Position numbers and translations under genes: made by a program. From Acholeplasma laidlawii PG-8A (GTDB lineage Bacteria; Bacillota_I; Bacilli_A; Acholeplasmatales; Acholeplasmataceae): 32,000 nt of DNA. Location: NCBI RefSeq assembly GCF_000018785.1, contig NC_010163.1:120001-152000 (forward strand), written 5' to 3'. Each line of letters begins with the position of its first letter. Position 1 is the first letter of the stretch. Shown here piece after piece: positions 17,293-25,586 of this stretch. The notes under the pieces are model-generated. The model saw nothing but the letters and a program-made list of their open reading frames with translations, searched no databases and was not told the DNA's origin.

Positions 17293-20200
17293 ATGCTTAT
17301 TTCAATATTTATAGTTTCATGTGAATCCATTGATACACTGCCGACTGAATTGCTTGAAAAAGTAGAAATTAATTTATCAGAAGGGGATAGACTAGATCAT
17401 ATTACTTCTGATTTCTCATTACCTTCTGGCTTAGAAGATAATAAAGAAATTACAATTACTTGGACATCAAGTGATCCTGTTGTTATCTTAATAGAAAATA
17501 ACATGGGAAAAGTTACTAGACAAAGTGCTGATAAATCAGTTACTTTAACTGCTAAAGTAACTTTAGGTAGTAATTCAAAAGATATTACCTTTGATTTAAT
17601 CGTTATTAAATTAGAAGATGTTATTACACCAGATACAACTAAACCAGTTATTACGGGTGCTAAAGACATCAACTATACAATTGGTGATGCTGAACCATCT
17701 TACTTAGATGGTGTGTCAGCAACCGATGATGTAGATGGAGAAGTTGATGTTACTGTAGATACTACTAATGTTAACTTAAGCGTTAAAGGCGTTTATAACA
17801 TTATTTATACTGCAATGGATAATGCAGGTAATAAAGAAGAAGTTACTGTAATAGTAATTGTAACAAGTAATGAAGTACCTGTAGTTGGTGAAACTGTTAC
17901 ATTTAAATACACTGGTACTACTACTGGTAATATGACAACTGGAAATAATGCAGTCTCAGTTGGACTAGTAGAGTCAGTATTTAATGTCACAACAGACTCT
18001 GTAGGAGAGTTTAATAATATTATTGGTTTAAATAAAGATGGATCTGTAAGATTATATGCAGATAGAACAACTGGTAATGGTAATACATTAACAGTTGCAA
18101 CATTAGGTGAACAAAAAATCAATGCAATTACAATTGTATTTGGTGTAGGTTCAAACACTGTTGAAGGTGAGACAAGTGGTTTATTAAAACTTGGTTCACA
18201 AGAAATCACATTAGGCTTAGCTGATTTATCAAGTACTACTAAAACATATACAGATTTAGATATTAAAGAATTTAGCTTAAAGAATACAACAACAGGTACT
18301 AAATCAGGTCAAATCTGGATTGTATCTATTGATATTACTTATGGTGGCTCAGGTTCAGTTACACCAGGTGAAGATGCTGTTGCACCTGTAATTAGCGGTG
18401 CTAAAGACATTACTTATGTAATTGGTCAAGATGCTCCAAACTACTTAGCTGGTGTATCTGCACTAGATGCAGTTGACGGTGTTGTTCAAGTATCAGTGGA
18501 TGCTAGTGCTGTAAACTTAGAAGTTTCTGGTACATATGATGTTATCTACACAGCTACTGACTTAAAAGGTAATGTTGCTGAAGTTGTTGTACAAATTACT
18601 GTGACTGATGGTGAAGAAGTAGTTGATCAAGAAACATTAGTTCATCACTTCCAATTTACAGGTGATTTACAACATGGTTATTCTGATAGTGCTGAAGCAT
18701 CTGTATTAAAGGATACTGTTACAAATAAAAATGTAGATATTTTAAAGAAACGTGCAAATACAACTGGTAATGAATTAATCTTATCTGGTGCATCCACATC
18801 ACAAACAACTGCTTGGATTGTGTTTAACTTCCAAACAAAGATTAATAAAATCACATTTAACTTAAAAACTTGGAGTGATCTAGATTTAGCGGCAACAACT
18901 GTTGCTAAGCTACAAACTAAAGTTGGTAGTAATTGGGTTGACATCTTAGATTTATTACCACACTTAACAGTGGATGGTAAATTAATTGAAGTCACTGATG
19001 TTGAACTAGATAACTTACGTATCTTTGTAGATGCATCTGTAGGTACTCAAAATACAGCAAGAATTAAAATCTCTGATTTAAAAATGTTTAATCTAAAACC
19101 TGCTAAACCAGCAGAACAATTAAATGTAGAATTAGACCGTAATCAATTATCAATTCCAACAACATTTATTGAAAATGGAGTAGCAACACTTTCAAAAGTT
19201 GGTGCTAAAGGAAGTACAATTGTTTGGTCATATACAAGTGCAACAAACACAAACAACAATTTAATTAATCTTTCAACTGGTGCAGTAACTGTACCAAGTG
19301 AAGGTCAAGTAGAGGTAAGCTTAACAGCAACACTTACAAATGGTGAATTTTCTTTAACAAAACAATTTATTGTTAAATTAGGTGAGGGTAACCCAACAAC
19401 TATTTTATCTGTTAGAGGTGAAACAAACCAAAGTTTTGTTAAAACAGTTGGTGTTGTTACATCTGTTTATACTAAAGGAAATGAACTGTTTGTCTTCATG
19501 GAAGACCAAACAGCAGCGATTTTAGTTAGAATACCAACTTCACTTAATGCAACACTAAAAGCTGGTGATGAAATTGAAGTTAGAGGTACAAAACTAACTG
19601 AAAACTCAAATATTTATATTGGAAATATTCGTGGTGTTAAAAAGTTAGCCACTAAAGAAGCATCTCCACTAATTATTACTGCTGACAAGATAGCAAACAA
19701 TCCATCCAAATTAGTATCTATCTTTGGTCTAATGTCAACTAAATATACAAATACTCAAACAAACTATGTGTTACATACAAATCAAGGTAGTTTTACAATC
19801 TATGTACCACAAGATTTAAACCAAACTGAAAAATTAGCAATTCAAAACAAATTAGCAAACCTAGACCCAGGTCTAAGAGTAAGTGTCATTGCACCAGTTT
19901 ACAAAGAAGGATCAAATAACTATATATTTGTAACAAGTGCTAGTGAGTTAATAGTAGATAACACAGTTGACTTTAACAACGTCTCTGCAATTATTTTAGA
20001 TAACATTGTACTACCTACAATTGGTACATCAACATCAAGTAATCTAGACTTAACAGTAGCAGGAGAATTATTATTTGGTGCTACTATTAACTGGGTATCT
20101 TCAAACCCTGCTGTATTATCAAATACTGGTGTAATTAACCAAGGAGATAATGATGTTGTAGTTACATTAACATATACTATCTTATTTGATAGTGAAGTTG

Positions 20201-20817
20201 TTGAAACTAAATCATTTAATATTACAGTTAATTCAATTTCAAGTTTTACAGGTTACTATTCAGTATTAAATGGTTTATCTGGTAATGCTTTTAAATCAGC
20301 TTTAACAAATATGATTAAGACTATGGGTTCACAATCAGGTTCTACAAGCCAAGTACAAGCAATTGATAATTACAATGGAAAAAACTATAATATCTATACT
20401 GGTTTTGGTGCATATGGTAACCGTGAACACGTTGTACCAGCATCTAAACTAAGAGCAGTTGGTGCTAAAGAAGATGACTTACATAACTTAAGAGCTGCAG
20501 TAGTATCAGTCAACTCAACACGTTCTAATTATCCATTTACAAATGCTGCAACAGGTGCTAATTGGAAGTTGATTAATGGTGCATTCTACCCAGGTGAAGA
20601 ACACGTAGGGGATGTAGCGCGTATTGTATTATATATCACATTACGTAACAACATTAAGATTACTGAAGTTGGTTCATACCAAATGTTTTTAACATGGCAT
20701 GAACAAGATCCAGTAAGTGATTTTGAGATATCTAGAAACGAAAAAATATTTGGAATTCAAAAGAGCCGTAATCCATTTATTGATCATCCAGAATTAGTAA
20801 ATGTTTTATTTAGCTAA
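17293..20817 (+). CDS. large multidomain surface nuclease: Ig-like modules, two DUF5011/HYR-like modules, OB-fold-like region, C-terminal Endonuclease I domain
   Basis: 1174-aa ORF. Paralogous modules at 17629-17865 and 18367-18612. C-terminal NREHVVPAS, DLHNLRAAVVSVNSTRSN, GDVARIVLYI and RNPFIDHPE. The SD-preceded start appears to be ATG 17265, which is in another frame (see findings). Confidence 0.85.
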   Translation: MLISIFIVSCESIDTLPTELLEKVEINLSEGDRLDHITSDFSLPSGLEDNKEITITWTSSDPVVILIENNMGKVTRQSADKSVTLTAKVTLGSNSKDITFDLIVIKLEDVITPDTTKPVITGAKDINYTIGDAEPSYLDGVSATDDVDGEVDVTVDTTNVNLSVKGVYNIIYTAMDNAGNKEEVTVIVIVTSNEVPVVGETVTFKYTGTTTGNMTTGNNAVSVGLVESVFNVTTDSVGEFNNIIGLNKDGSVRLYADRTTGNGNTLTVATLGEQKINAITIVFGVGSNTVEGETSGLLKLGSQEITLGLADLSSTTKTYTDLDIKEFSLKNTTTGTKSGQIWIVSIDITYGGSGSVTPGEDAVAPVISGAKDITYVIGQDAPNYLAGVSALDAVDGVVQVSVDASAVNLEVSGTYDVIYTATDLKGNVAEVVVQITVTDGEEVVDQETLVHHFQFTGDLQHGYSDSAEASVLKDTVTNKNVDILKKRANTTGNELILSGASTSQTTAWIVFNFQTKINKITFNLKTWSDLDLAATTVAKLQTKVGSNWVDILDLLPHLTVDGKLIEVTDVELDNLRIFVDASVGTQNTARIKISDLKMFNLKPAKPAEQLNVELDRNQLSIPTTFIENGVATLSKVGAKGSTIVWSYTSATNTNNNLINLSTGAVTVPSEGQVEVSLTATLTNGEFSLTKQFIVKLGEGNPTTILSVRGETNQSFVKTVGVVTSVYTKGNELFVFMEDQTAAILVRIPTSLNATLKAGDEIEVRGTKLTENSNIYIGNIRGVKKLATKEASPLIITADKIANNPSKLVSIFGLMSTKYTNTQTNYVLHTNQGSFTIYVPQDLNQTEKLAIQNKLANLDPGLRVSVIAPVYKEGSNNYIFVTSASELIVDNTVDFNNVSAIILDNIVLPTIGTSTSSNLDLTVAGELLFGATINWVSSNPAVLSNTGVINQGDNDVVVTLTYTILFDSEVVETKSFNITVNSISSFTGYYSVLNGLSGNAFKSALTNMIKTMGSQSGSTSQVQAIDNYNGKNYNIYTGFGAYGNREHVVPASKLRAVGAKEDDLHNLRAAVVSVNSTRSNYPFTNAATGANWKLINGAFYPGEEHVGDVARIVLYITLRNNIKITEVGSYQMFLTWHEQDPVSDFEISRNEKIFGIQKSRNPFIDHPELVNVLFS

Positions 20818-20885
20818 TCACTTTGACTAATAAGTCTTAGAAAGTAAGCTTAGACTCATCAATTATAAAAGGCAATAAACTTAAT

Positions 20886-20939
20886 AAGATGTTAGTAGTG
20901 ATTTATATAATCTATAAAAATACTACTAACATCTTTTTT
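20886..20939 (+). terminator. rho-independent terminator (long-loop hairpin)
   Basis: Perfect 14-bp stem AAGATGTTAGTAGT / ACTACTAACATCTT followed by TTTT. Confidence 0.75.
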
Positions 20940-21078
20940 CATAAAGGGTTAGTATTTCAAATTTAGGATATAATATATAATAACTTAATCACAAGGATGT
21001 AGATTTAATAAAAATTATGTCTTAGAAAAGTCTAAAAGAAAAATTAATGGTAAAATAGGGTAAACTAGGGAGAAGTTT

Positions 21079-22227
21079 ATGAGAAAAATAAGTATTGGAT
21101 TCATGATTCTATTTTTTACCTTTATATTGGTATCTTGTAGTGCTAGTCCAAGCGATATGGAGTTTAGACTACAGCAACCTACGAATATAAAAGTAGAAAA
21201 AAATATTTTAACATTTAGTGAGGTAGAGGGAGCAAGTTCATATATTTTAAGTATTAATGGAGAAAATATTAATATATATGAAACAACATATACCTTTACA
21301 GAAGATGGGTCATACAAGGTGCGTATACAAGCGCTTAGCGGTGTAGAAGACTTTGTAGATTCTTTGTTTACGGATGCTTATGAGTTTAAGGTTAGATTCT
21401 TACAATATCCAGATGATATTGGAGTTTTAAATAACCAAGTATTCTTTACACGCGATGAAGATGCTGACAGCTATGATGTAGAAATTAATGGCACAGTATA
21501 CAATTCAAAAGAAGATTTACCACCATACTTAGAACCGGGCACCTATGAAATACGCGTTAAGGCAAGAAGTGATATGTATAATGAATCTGAATTTTCTCCA
21601 ATAACGAAAGTTATTGTAGATAAATCAGATAGAGTAGTTACAAAGCATAACTACCAGTATAGTATTAACTCTAAATTTGAGTTACCACTATACACCTATA
21701 AAACAATAGGTTTAAACTATATTGAACTATTTGAAGCAAAAAAAGAAGATGATCATTTAGTAGAAGAAAATGCATTAAGTGAACGTATAGACTATTACGC
21801 GTTTAATCAAACTATCTACTTTAGCACAAGTTACATGAATTTTTTAACTAAGAATCTAAAAGATAATCAGCAATTAAAACAAGAAGTTTTAACATTTGTG
21901 ATTCACACGAATTTAGGAGATCATGAAATTACACTTGAGATTAATAGATTAGATACACCTTATGCTTATAACGGTCAAATTCAAAGTACTAACTTTAAAG
22001 ATGACGTAGAATTCTTATTTGAAACATTTGATTATGTATTTATCAGTGTAGAAGGTTATGATATTAAGGATATGCATTTTAAATTTGAAAATGGTGAATT
22101 AATCCTTTATGCAGACTACATACTTGATACTTATGGATTTAAAAGAAGTGCTGAAAAATTAGAATTTACTGTGATCTTTCAAAAAGATGGTATCAACTAT
22201 AAATACCCAATATATATATTAAAATAG
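21079..22227 (+). CDS. lipoprotein with tandem Fn3-like modules (paralog of 27443..28033)
   Basis: Lipobox ILVSC. AGGGAGAAG SD. N- and C-terminal regions align with the 196-aa lipoprotein (PTNIKVEKNILTFSEVEGASSY vs PTNLKFEIATLTFDEVEHATSY; TNFKDDVEF vs TNFKDDIKL). Confidence 0.8.
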   Translation: MRKISIGFMILFFTFILVSCSASPSDMEFRLQQPTNIKVEKNILTFSEVEGASSYILSINGENINIYETTYTFTEDGSYKVRIQALSGVEDFVDSLFTDAYEFKVRFLQYPDDIGVLNNQVFFTRDEDADSYDVEINGTVYNSKEDLPPYLEPGTYEIRVKARSDMYNESEFSPITKVIVDKSDRVVTKHNYQYSINSKFELPLYTYKTIGLNYIELFEAKKEDDHLVEENALSERIDYYAFNQTIYFSTSYMNFLTKNLKDNQQLKQEVLTFVIHTNLGDHEITLEINRLDTPYAYNGQIQSTNFKDDVEFLFETFDYVFISVEGYDIKDMHFKFENGELILYADYILDTYGFKRSAEKLEFTVIFQKDGINYKYPIYILK

Positions 22228-22236
22228 GTGGATAAA

Positions 22237-22503
22237 ATGAAATTAAAAAAAGATTATATTTTAAAAACTGTTGCTGGTGAACATATTGTAGTACCTATAG
22301 GTGTTGAGGCAACTAAATTTCATGGCATGATTACATTAAATGAAACAGGTAAGTTTTTATTTGAAAACTTAAAAGAAGAAACAACAGAAGAAATACTTAT
22401 CATGAAACTACTTGAAAGTTATGATGTGACACCTTCTCGTGCTAAAACAGATGTTGATAAGTTTCTTGGGTTACTAAAGAAACACAATTTATTTGATAAT
22501 TAA
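22237..22503 (+). CDS. PqqD-family protein (RiPP recognition element-like peptide chaperone)
   Basis: ILKTVAGEHIVVPIG....FHGMITLNETGKFLFENL...EEILIMKLLESYDV..SRAKTDVDKFLGLLKKHNLF fits the PqqD/RRE pattern. AGGTGG SD before ATG 22237 (the ORF track starts at GTG 22228, directly after the upstream stop). Confidence 0.75.
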   Translation: MKLKKDYILKTVAGEHIVVPIGVEATKFHGMITLNETGKFLFENLKEETTEEILIMKLLESYDVTPSRAKTDVDKFLGLLKKHNLFDN

Positions 22504-22522
22504 ACATAGTATTTTATTATTT

Positions 22523-22552
22523 ACAGGTGACATTTTAAATGTCACCTGTTTT
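22523..22552 (+). terminator. rho-independent terminator after the PqqD-like gene
   Basis: Perfect 11-bp stem ACAGGTGACAT / ATGTCACCTGT, 5-nt loop, T-rich tail. Confidence 0.85.
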
Positions 22553-22755
22553 ATTAAGTAATAAGAAAATATAAGTAATAAACGCTATTATATTGGAAAC
22601 TGGGAGCGTTTTACTAAATTAGTTGATTTATTTTAATATATATAATACAATGTAGTGTTACTTGTAAATATTGATTCATGCAAAGGGGCACTTACTTTAA
22701 AATGTACAATAAAGTTATTAGTCTAATGGGTAGCATTTTATCAAATTTAAATATA

Positions 22756-22788
22756 AGAGACTGACCATTTTTTTGGTCGGTCTCTTTT
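22756..22788 (+). terminator. second, orphan rho-independent terminator
   Basis: AGAGACTGACC / GGTCGGTCTCT stem (one G-U pair), then TTT. No annotated gene lies upstream of it. Confidence 0.75.
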
Positions 22789-22852
22789 AATGATTTAAGT
22801 GAGATTATGGTATCTAAATGATTAGTAAATTGAATGTAAACATTAAGTAAAG

Positions 22853-22876
22853 TCTTAGGATCTAAGGTCTTAGATC
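22853..22876. promoter_or_regulatory. operator-like nested palindrome upstream of the 47-aa ORF
   Basis: CTTAG-GAT-CTAAG-GT-CTTAG-ATC. GATCTAAG / CTTAGATC is a perfect 8-bp inverted repeat with a 2-nt spacer. -10-like TATAGT/TATACT lie at 22886-22896. Confidence 0.4.
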
Positions 22877-22947
22877 ATGAATTTGTATAGTATACTAATG
22901 AAGGTATCTTATAAGTAAATAAAAATAAATAAAGGGAGAGAAAAGAC

Positions 22948-23091
22948 ATGAAGAAAGAAACACTTAAAAAGAAGACTTATGATAGTCCAACTATAGAGGT
23001 TACTGAGTTTTCAATGAAGGATTCGATTGCTACAAGCGGTGTTGGAGCTGCGTTTTTTGAGCAAGTATGGGGCGGCGGAGGAAGTGTATAA
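22948..23091 (+). CDS. 47-aa RiPP precursor-like peptide (lasso-type leader and core features)
   Basis: Not in the ORF track (too short). GGGAGAG SD 7 nt upstream. Encodes MKKETLKKKTYDSPTIEVTEFSMKDSIATSGVGAAFFEQVWGGGGSV. The stop overlaps the next ATG (TAATG). Confidence 0.6.
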   Translation: MKKETLKKKTYDSPTIEVTEFSMKDSIATSGVGAAFFEQVWGGGGSV

Positions 23092-25586
23092 TGAAAAAAA
23101 TTAGTATTTTCTTTTTAGCATTAGTTGGATTAGTACTTATTGGTATGCACGCTGCACCTAAAGCTGCAGCTGCGGGGTTTGGCAATACTTATTCGTTTGA
23201 TGTTACTATTGTACATGGTGAGAGTAATCTTGATGTACATAAACCAGATCTAGGTAGTTTTAATCATGGTAATAAAGTATCTATTGATATTACCTCTTTA
23301 AATGGTTTAGAGGCAGTTAATTCTAAACAATTTGCGTTCTTTGTTGTTAATGGACAAATAATAGAAAATAATTTAGAACAATTTATGGTTACATCAAATA
23401 GTAAAATTACGGCTGTCTTCACAAATGGTGAAGAAAAGGCTGCAGTTTTTATTGATTCTAACGGTGAGTTTTTATCAGTTGATTATGTTGATGGGGAAAC
23501 AGCTCCAGTCGCACCTAGTGTCGCTAACTTATCAAAACCAGGGTTAACACCTGTTGCGTTTGGGGTTCTAGATCCAATCTCGGAACATACAGTATATGTC
23601 GTGGATTATGTACTTACTAATCCAGAAGCAACAGTCATGATTAACGGCGAAGCTCATCCATATAACTCAGTTGTTACATTAACTGCTGAAGGTCCATTTA
23701 CACACTGGGAAGAAGATGGGGTTGTTGTATCGTATAATCCTAATTATAAATTCTCAGCGTTACGAGATAGAATAATTACTCAAAAGTCAGATGGTGGAAC
23801 ACCTTCAACAATTATTACACTGTCAGATGATTTGGGTTTAAGAAGTAGTGAAGGTAAATCTAGTTTCTTAGGACAGTTTGAATTAACCGCTGGTCAAGAG
23901 TTTGTCGAATCTGGTATCTTGGCAAGTGATGTATTTGTTAATAACTTAACAATTGACACACCAAATGTACAAGTTATCTCATCAGACGCTATTCAACCAA
24001 ACACTAATGAGTTTTTAAGAACTGTTGATACAGATGCATTCGCACTTATTAGAGGATATGTTAAAACTAATACGGGTGTTTACTACTCTGATAATTTTAC
24101 ACCAAAAACAAATACAGGCTTGATGATATATGAAGTTTATGGTGGCGGTGGTAATAGTGGAGCACTTTATACGAATGATTATGCTGTTCTTTATAATGGA
24201 ACTTCAGTTGACATTGATTTATCAAATTATACGCTACAATATGCAAGTGCTACTGGCCAGTTTACCAATAAAGATGAACTAAGTGGTACGATTTTAGCAG
24301 GTAAATACTTTGTAGTAAAATTAGGCGGTGGATCTACAGAATCTGATCTTCCAAGAGTTGACTTTACTGGTACTTTAAACCTATCTGGAACAAGTGGTAA
24401 GATTGCACTTGTTCTAGGTACGACTGAAGTGTCAACTAATGATTTATATAATGTAGTAGACCTTGTAGGTTTTGGTTCAGCAAATAAATATGAAGGTAAT
24501 GCAGCGGTCGGTGTTTTAAGCAACTCAACATCGGCTAAAAGAAGTAGTTTTATTGACTCGAATAATAACGGTGAAGATTTTACTGTTGGAACACCAGACC
24601 TGACGTATACATTAGATGGAGAATTTTATACGGTAGCATTTAATACAAATGGTGGAAATACTATATATGATGTAGAAGTTTATGAAAATAATAAAGTATC
24701 ACAACCTACAAATCCGACTAAACCAGGATATGTATTTGAAAATTGGTACACTTCAGCCGACTTTACCACTGTGTTTGATTTCAATACCTTAATAAATATG
24801 GATACCACTATTTATGCTAACTGGTTGGTTGAACGAACAGTGACATTTGTTGATGGAGAAACAACATTGAGTACATTAAAAGTAGCTAATGGGTTAAAAG
24901 CAACAAGGCCATCAAATCCTATTAAGTCAGGATATGCATTTGTTGATTGGTATGAGGATTCTGAATTTACTATTTTATTTGATTTTAATACAGAAATCAC
25001 AGCCGATAAAACGGTTTATGCTAGATTTGATTTAGATGATACTCCTGTAGTCGATACTATTGTGTCGGTGTTAAAACCCACAGATTCAGGATATCCGACA
25101 TCATATGGTAATATGACCTGGACTAGAGATACAGTTACATTCAGTGGTCAACAATTGACTAGGAATGGGAATGGAAGTTCAACGCCTTATGTAATACAAG
25201 GTAACAGTAATAGAAATCCTAGGTCAAATATAACTTCAAGTCAATTGCCAGGAAACTTACAGTTTGTAAGAATAACATTGGCTAGTTCAGGTACATTTGC
25301 CGGGGCATCAGCAAAAATGTATGTTGAAGTTTCTAGTACATCTGATTTTTTAGTAAGTACGAAATATGGTATAGGATCAGGCTATACATCAAACGCTAAT
25401 ATCACATTAACAGGCCACGCGAATGGAACTACCATAACAAATGCACTCACTTTAGCTGACCCCACACCAACAACTCCAAGTATTGTCTTTAATATTTCAT
25501 CTGATAATGCACGTTTTGTAAGGATTGTTTGGGAAAGTGGAGCATCTTATTACAGTTCAATTGAATTTGAATATAATTCAAAGTAA
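23091..25586 (+). CDS. secreted multidomain protein: signal peptide, lamin-tail domain (LTD), two Listeria-Bacteroides (Flg_new) repeats; probable N-terminal part of a frameshifted nuclease gene
   Basis: MKKISIFFLALVGLVLIG signal peptide with GGAGGAAG SD 6 nt upstream (the ORF-track start at 23067 is unlikely). LTD pattern LMIYEVYGGGGNSGALYTNDYAVLYNGTSVDIDLSNYTLQYASATG. Two PGYVFENWY / SGYAFVDWY repeats. Confidence 0.8.
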   Translation: MKKISIFFLALVGLVLIGMHAAPKAAAAGFGNTYSFDVTIVHGESNLDVHKPDLGSFNHGNKVSIDITSLNGLEAVNSKQFAFFVVNGQIIENNLEQFMVTSNSKITAVFTNGEEKAAVFIDSNGEFLSVDYVDGETAPVAPSVANLSKPGLTPVAFGVLDPISEHTVYVVDYVLTNPEATVMINGEAHPYNSVVTLTAEGPFTHWEEDGVVVSYNPNYKFSALRDRIITQKSDGGTPSTIITLSDDLGLRSSEGKSSFLGQFELTAGQEFVESGILASDVFVNNLTIDTPNVQVISSDAIQPNTNEFLRTVDTDAFALIRGYVKTNTGVYYSDNFTPKTNTGLMIYEVYGGGGNSGALYTNDYAVLYNGTSVDIDLSNYTLQYASATGQFTNKDELSGTILAGKYFVVKLGGGSTESDLPRVDFTGTLNLSGTSGKIALVLGTTEVSTNDLYNVVDLVGFGSANKYEGNAAVGVLSNSTSAKRSSFIDSNNNGEDFTVGTPDLTYTLDGEFYTVAFNTNGGNTIYDVEVYENNKVSQPTNPTKPGYVFENWYTSADFTTVFDFNTLINMDTTIYANWLVERTVTFVDGETTLSTLKVANGLKATRPSNPIKSGYAFVDWYEDSEFTILFDFNTEITADKTVYARFDLDDTPVVDTIVSVLKPTDSGYPTSYGNMTWTRDTVTFSGQQLTRNGNGSSTPYVIQGNSNRNPRSNITSSQLPGNLQFVRITLASSGTFAGASAKMYVEVSSTSDFLVSTKYGIGSGYTSNANITLTGHANGTTITNALTLADPTPTTPSIVFNISSDNARFVRIVWESGASYYSSIEFEYNSK

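Noticed and set aside
17805-18209. 134-aa antisense ORF inside the 1174-aa nuclease gene. Similar antisense ORFs: 2373..2651, 3473..3748, 3884..4123, 4880..5095, 5198..5431, 6232..6441, 9510..9875, 9885..10130, 11523..11726, 14469..14678, 17397..17672, 18678..18995, 24227..24523, 24812..25000, 31675..31905.
   Set aside because: Each lies wholly within a well-supported CDS on the opposite strand. They have low-complexity, family-less translations and no SD. These are typical shadow ORFs.
21015-21317. 100-aa minus-strand ORF overlapping the start of the Fn3 lipoprotein gene.
   Set aside because: It is antisense to a gene with a clear SD, signal peptide and paralog support. The hydrophobic translation is a by-product of AT-rich antisense sequence.
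22678-22764. 28-codon ORF (MQRGTYFKMYNKVISLMGSILSNLNIRD) between the two terminators.
   Set aside because: It has no SD, its stop lies inside the terminator stem, and it resembles nothing recognisable. The region is more likely non-coding.
17293-25586. Possibility that one of the large ORFs hides the missing lasso cyclase or B2 protease.
   Set aside because: Their sequences resolve into Ig-like, DUF5011-like, OB, LTD, Flg_new and Endonuclease I modules. There is no SGGxDS/Asn-synthetase-like or Cys-His-Asp transglutaminase-like region. The lipoproteins have no Cys after the lipobox.
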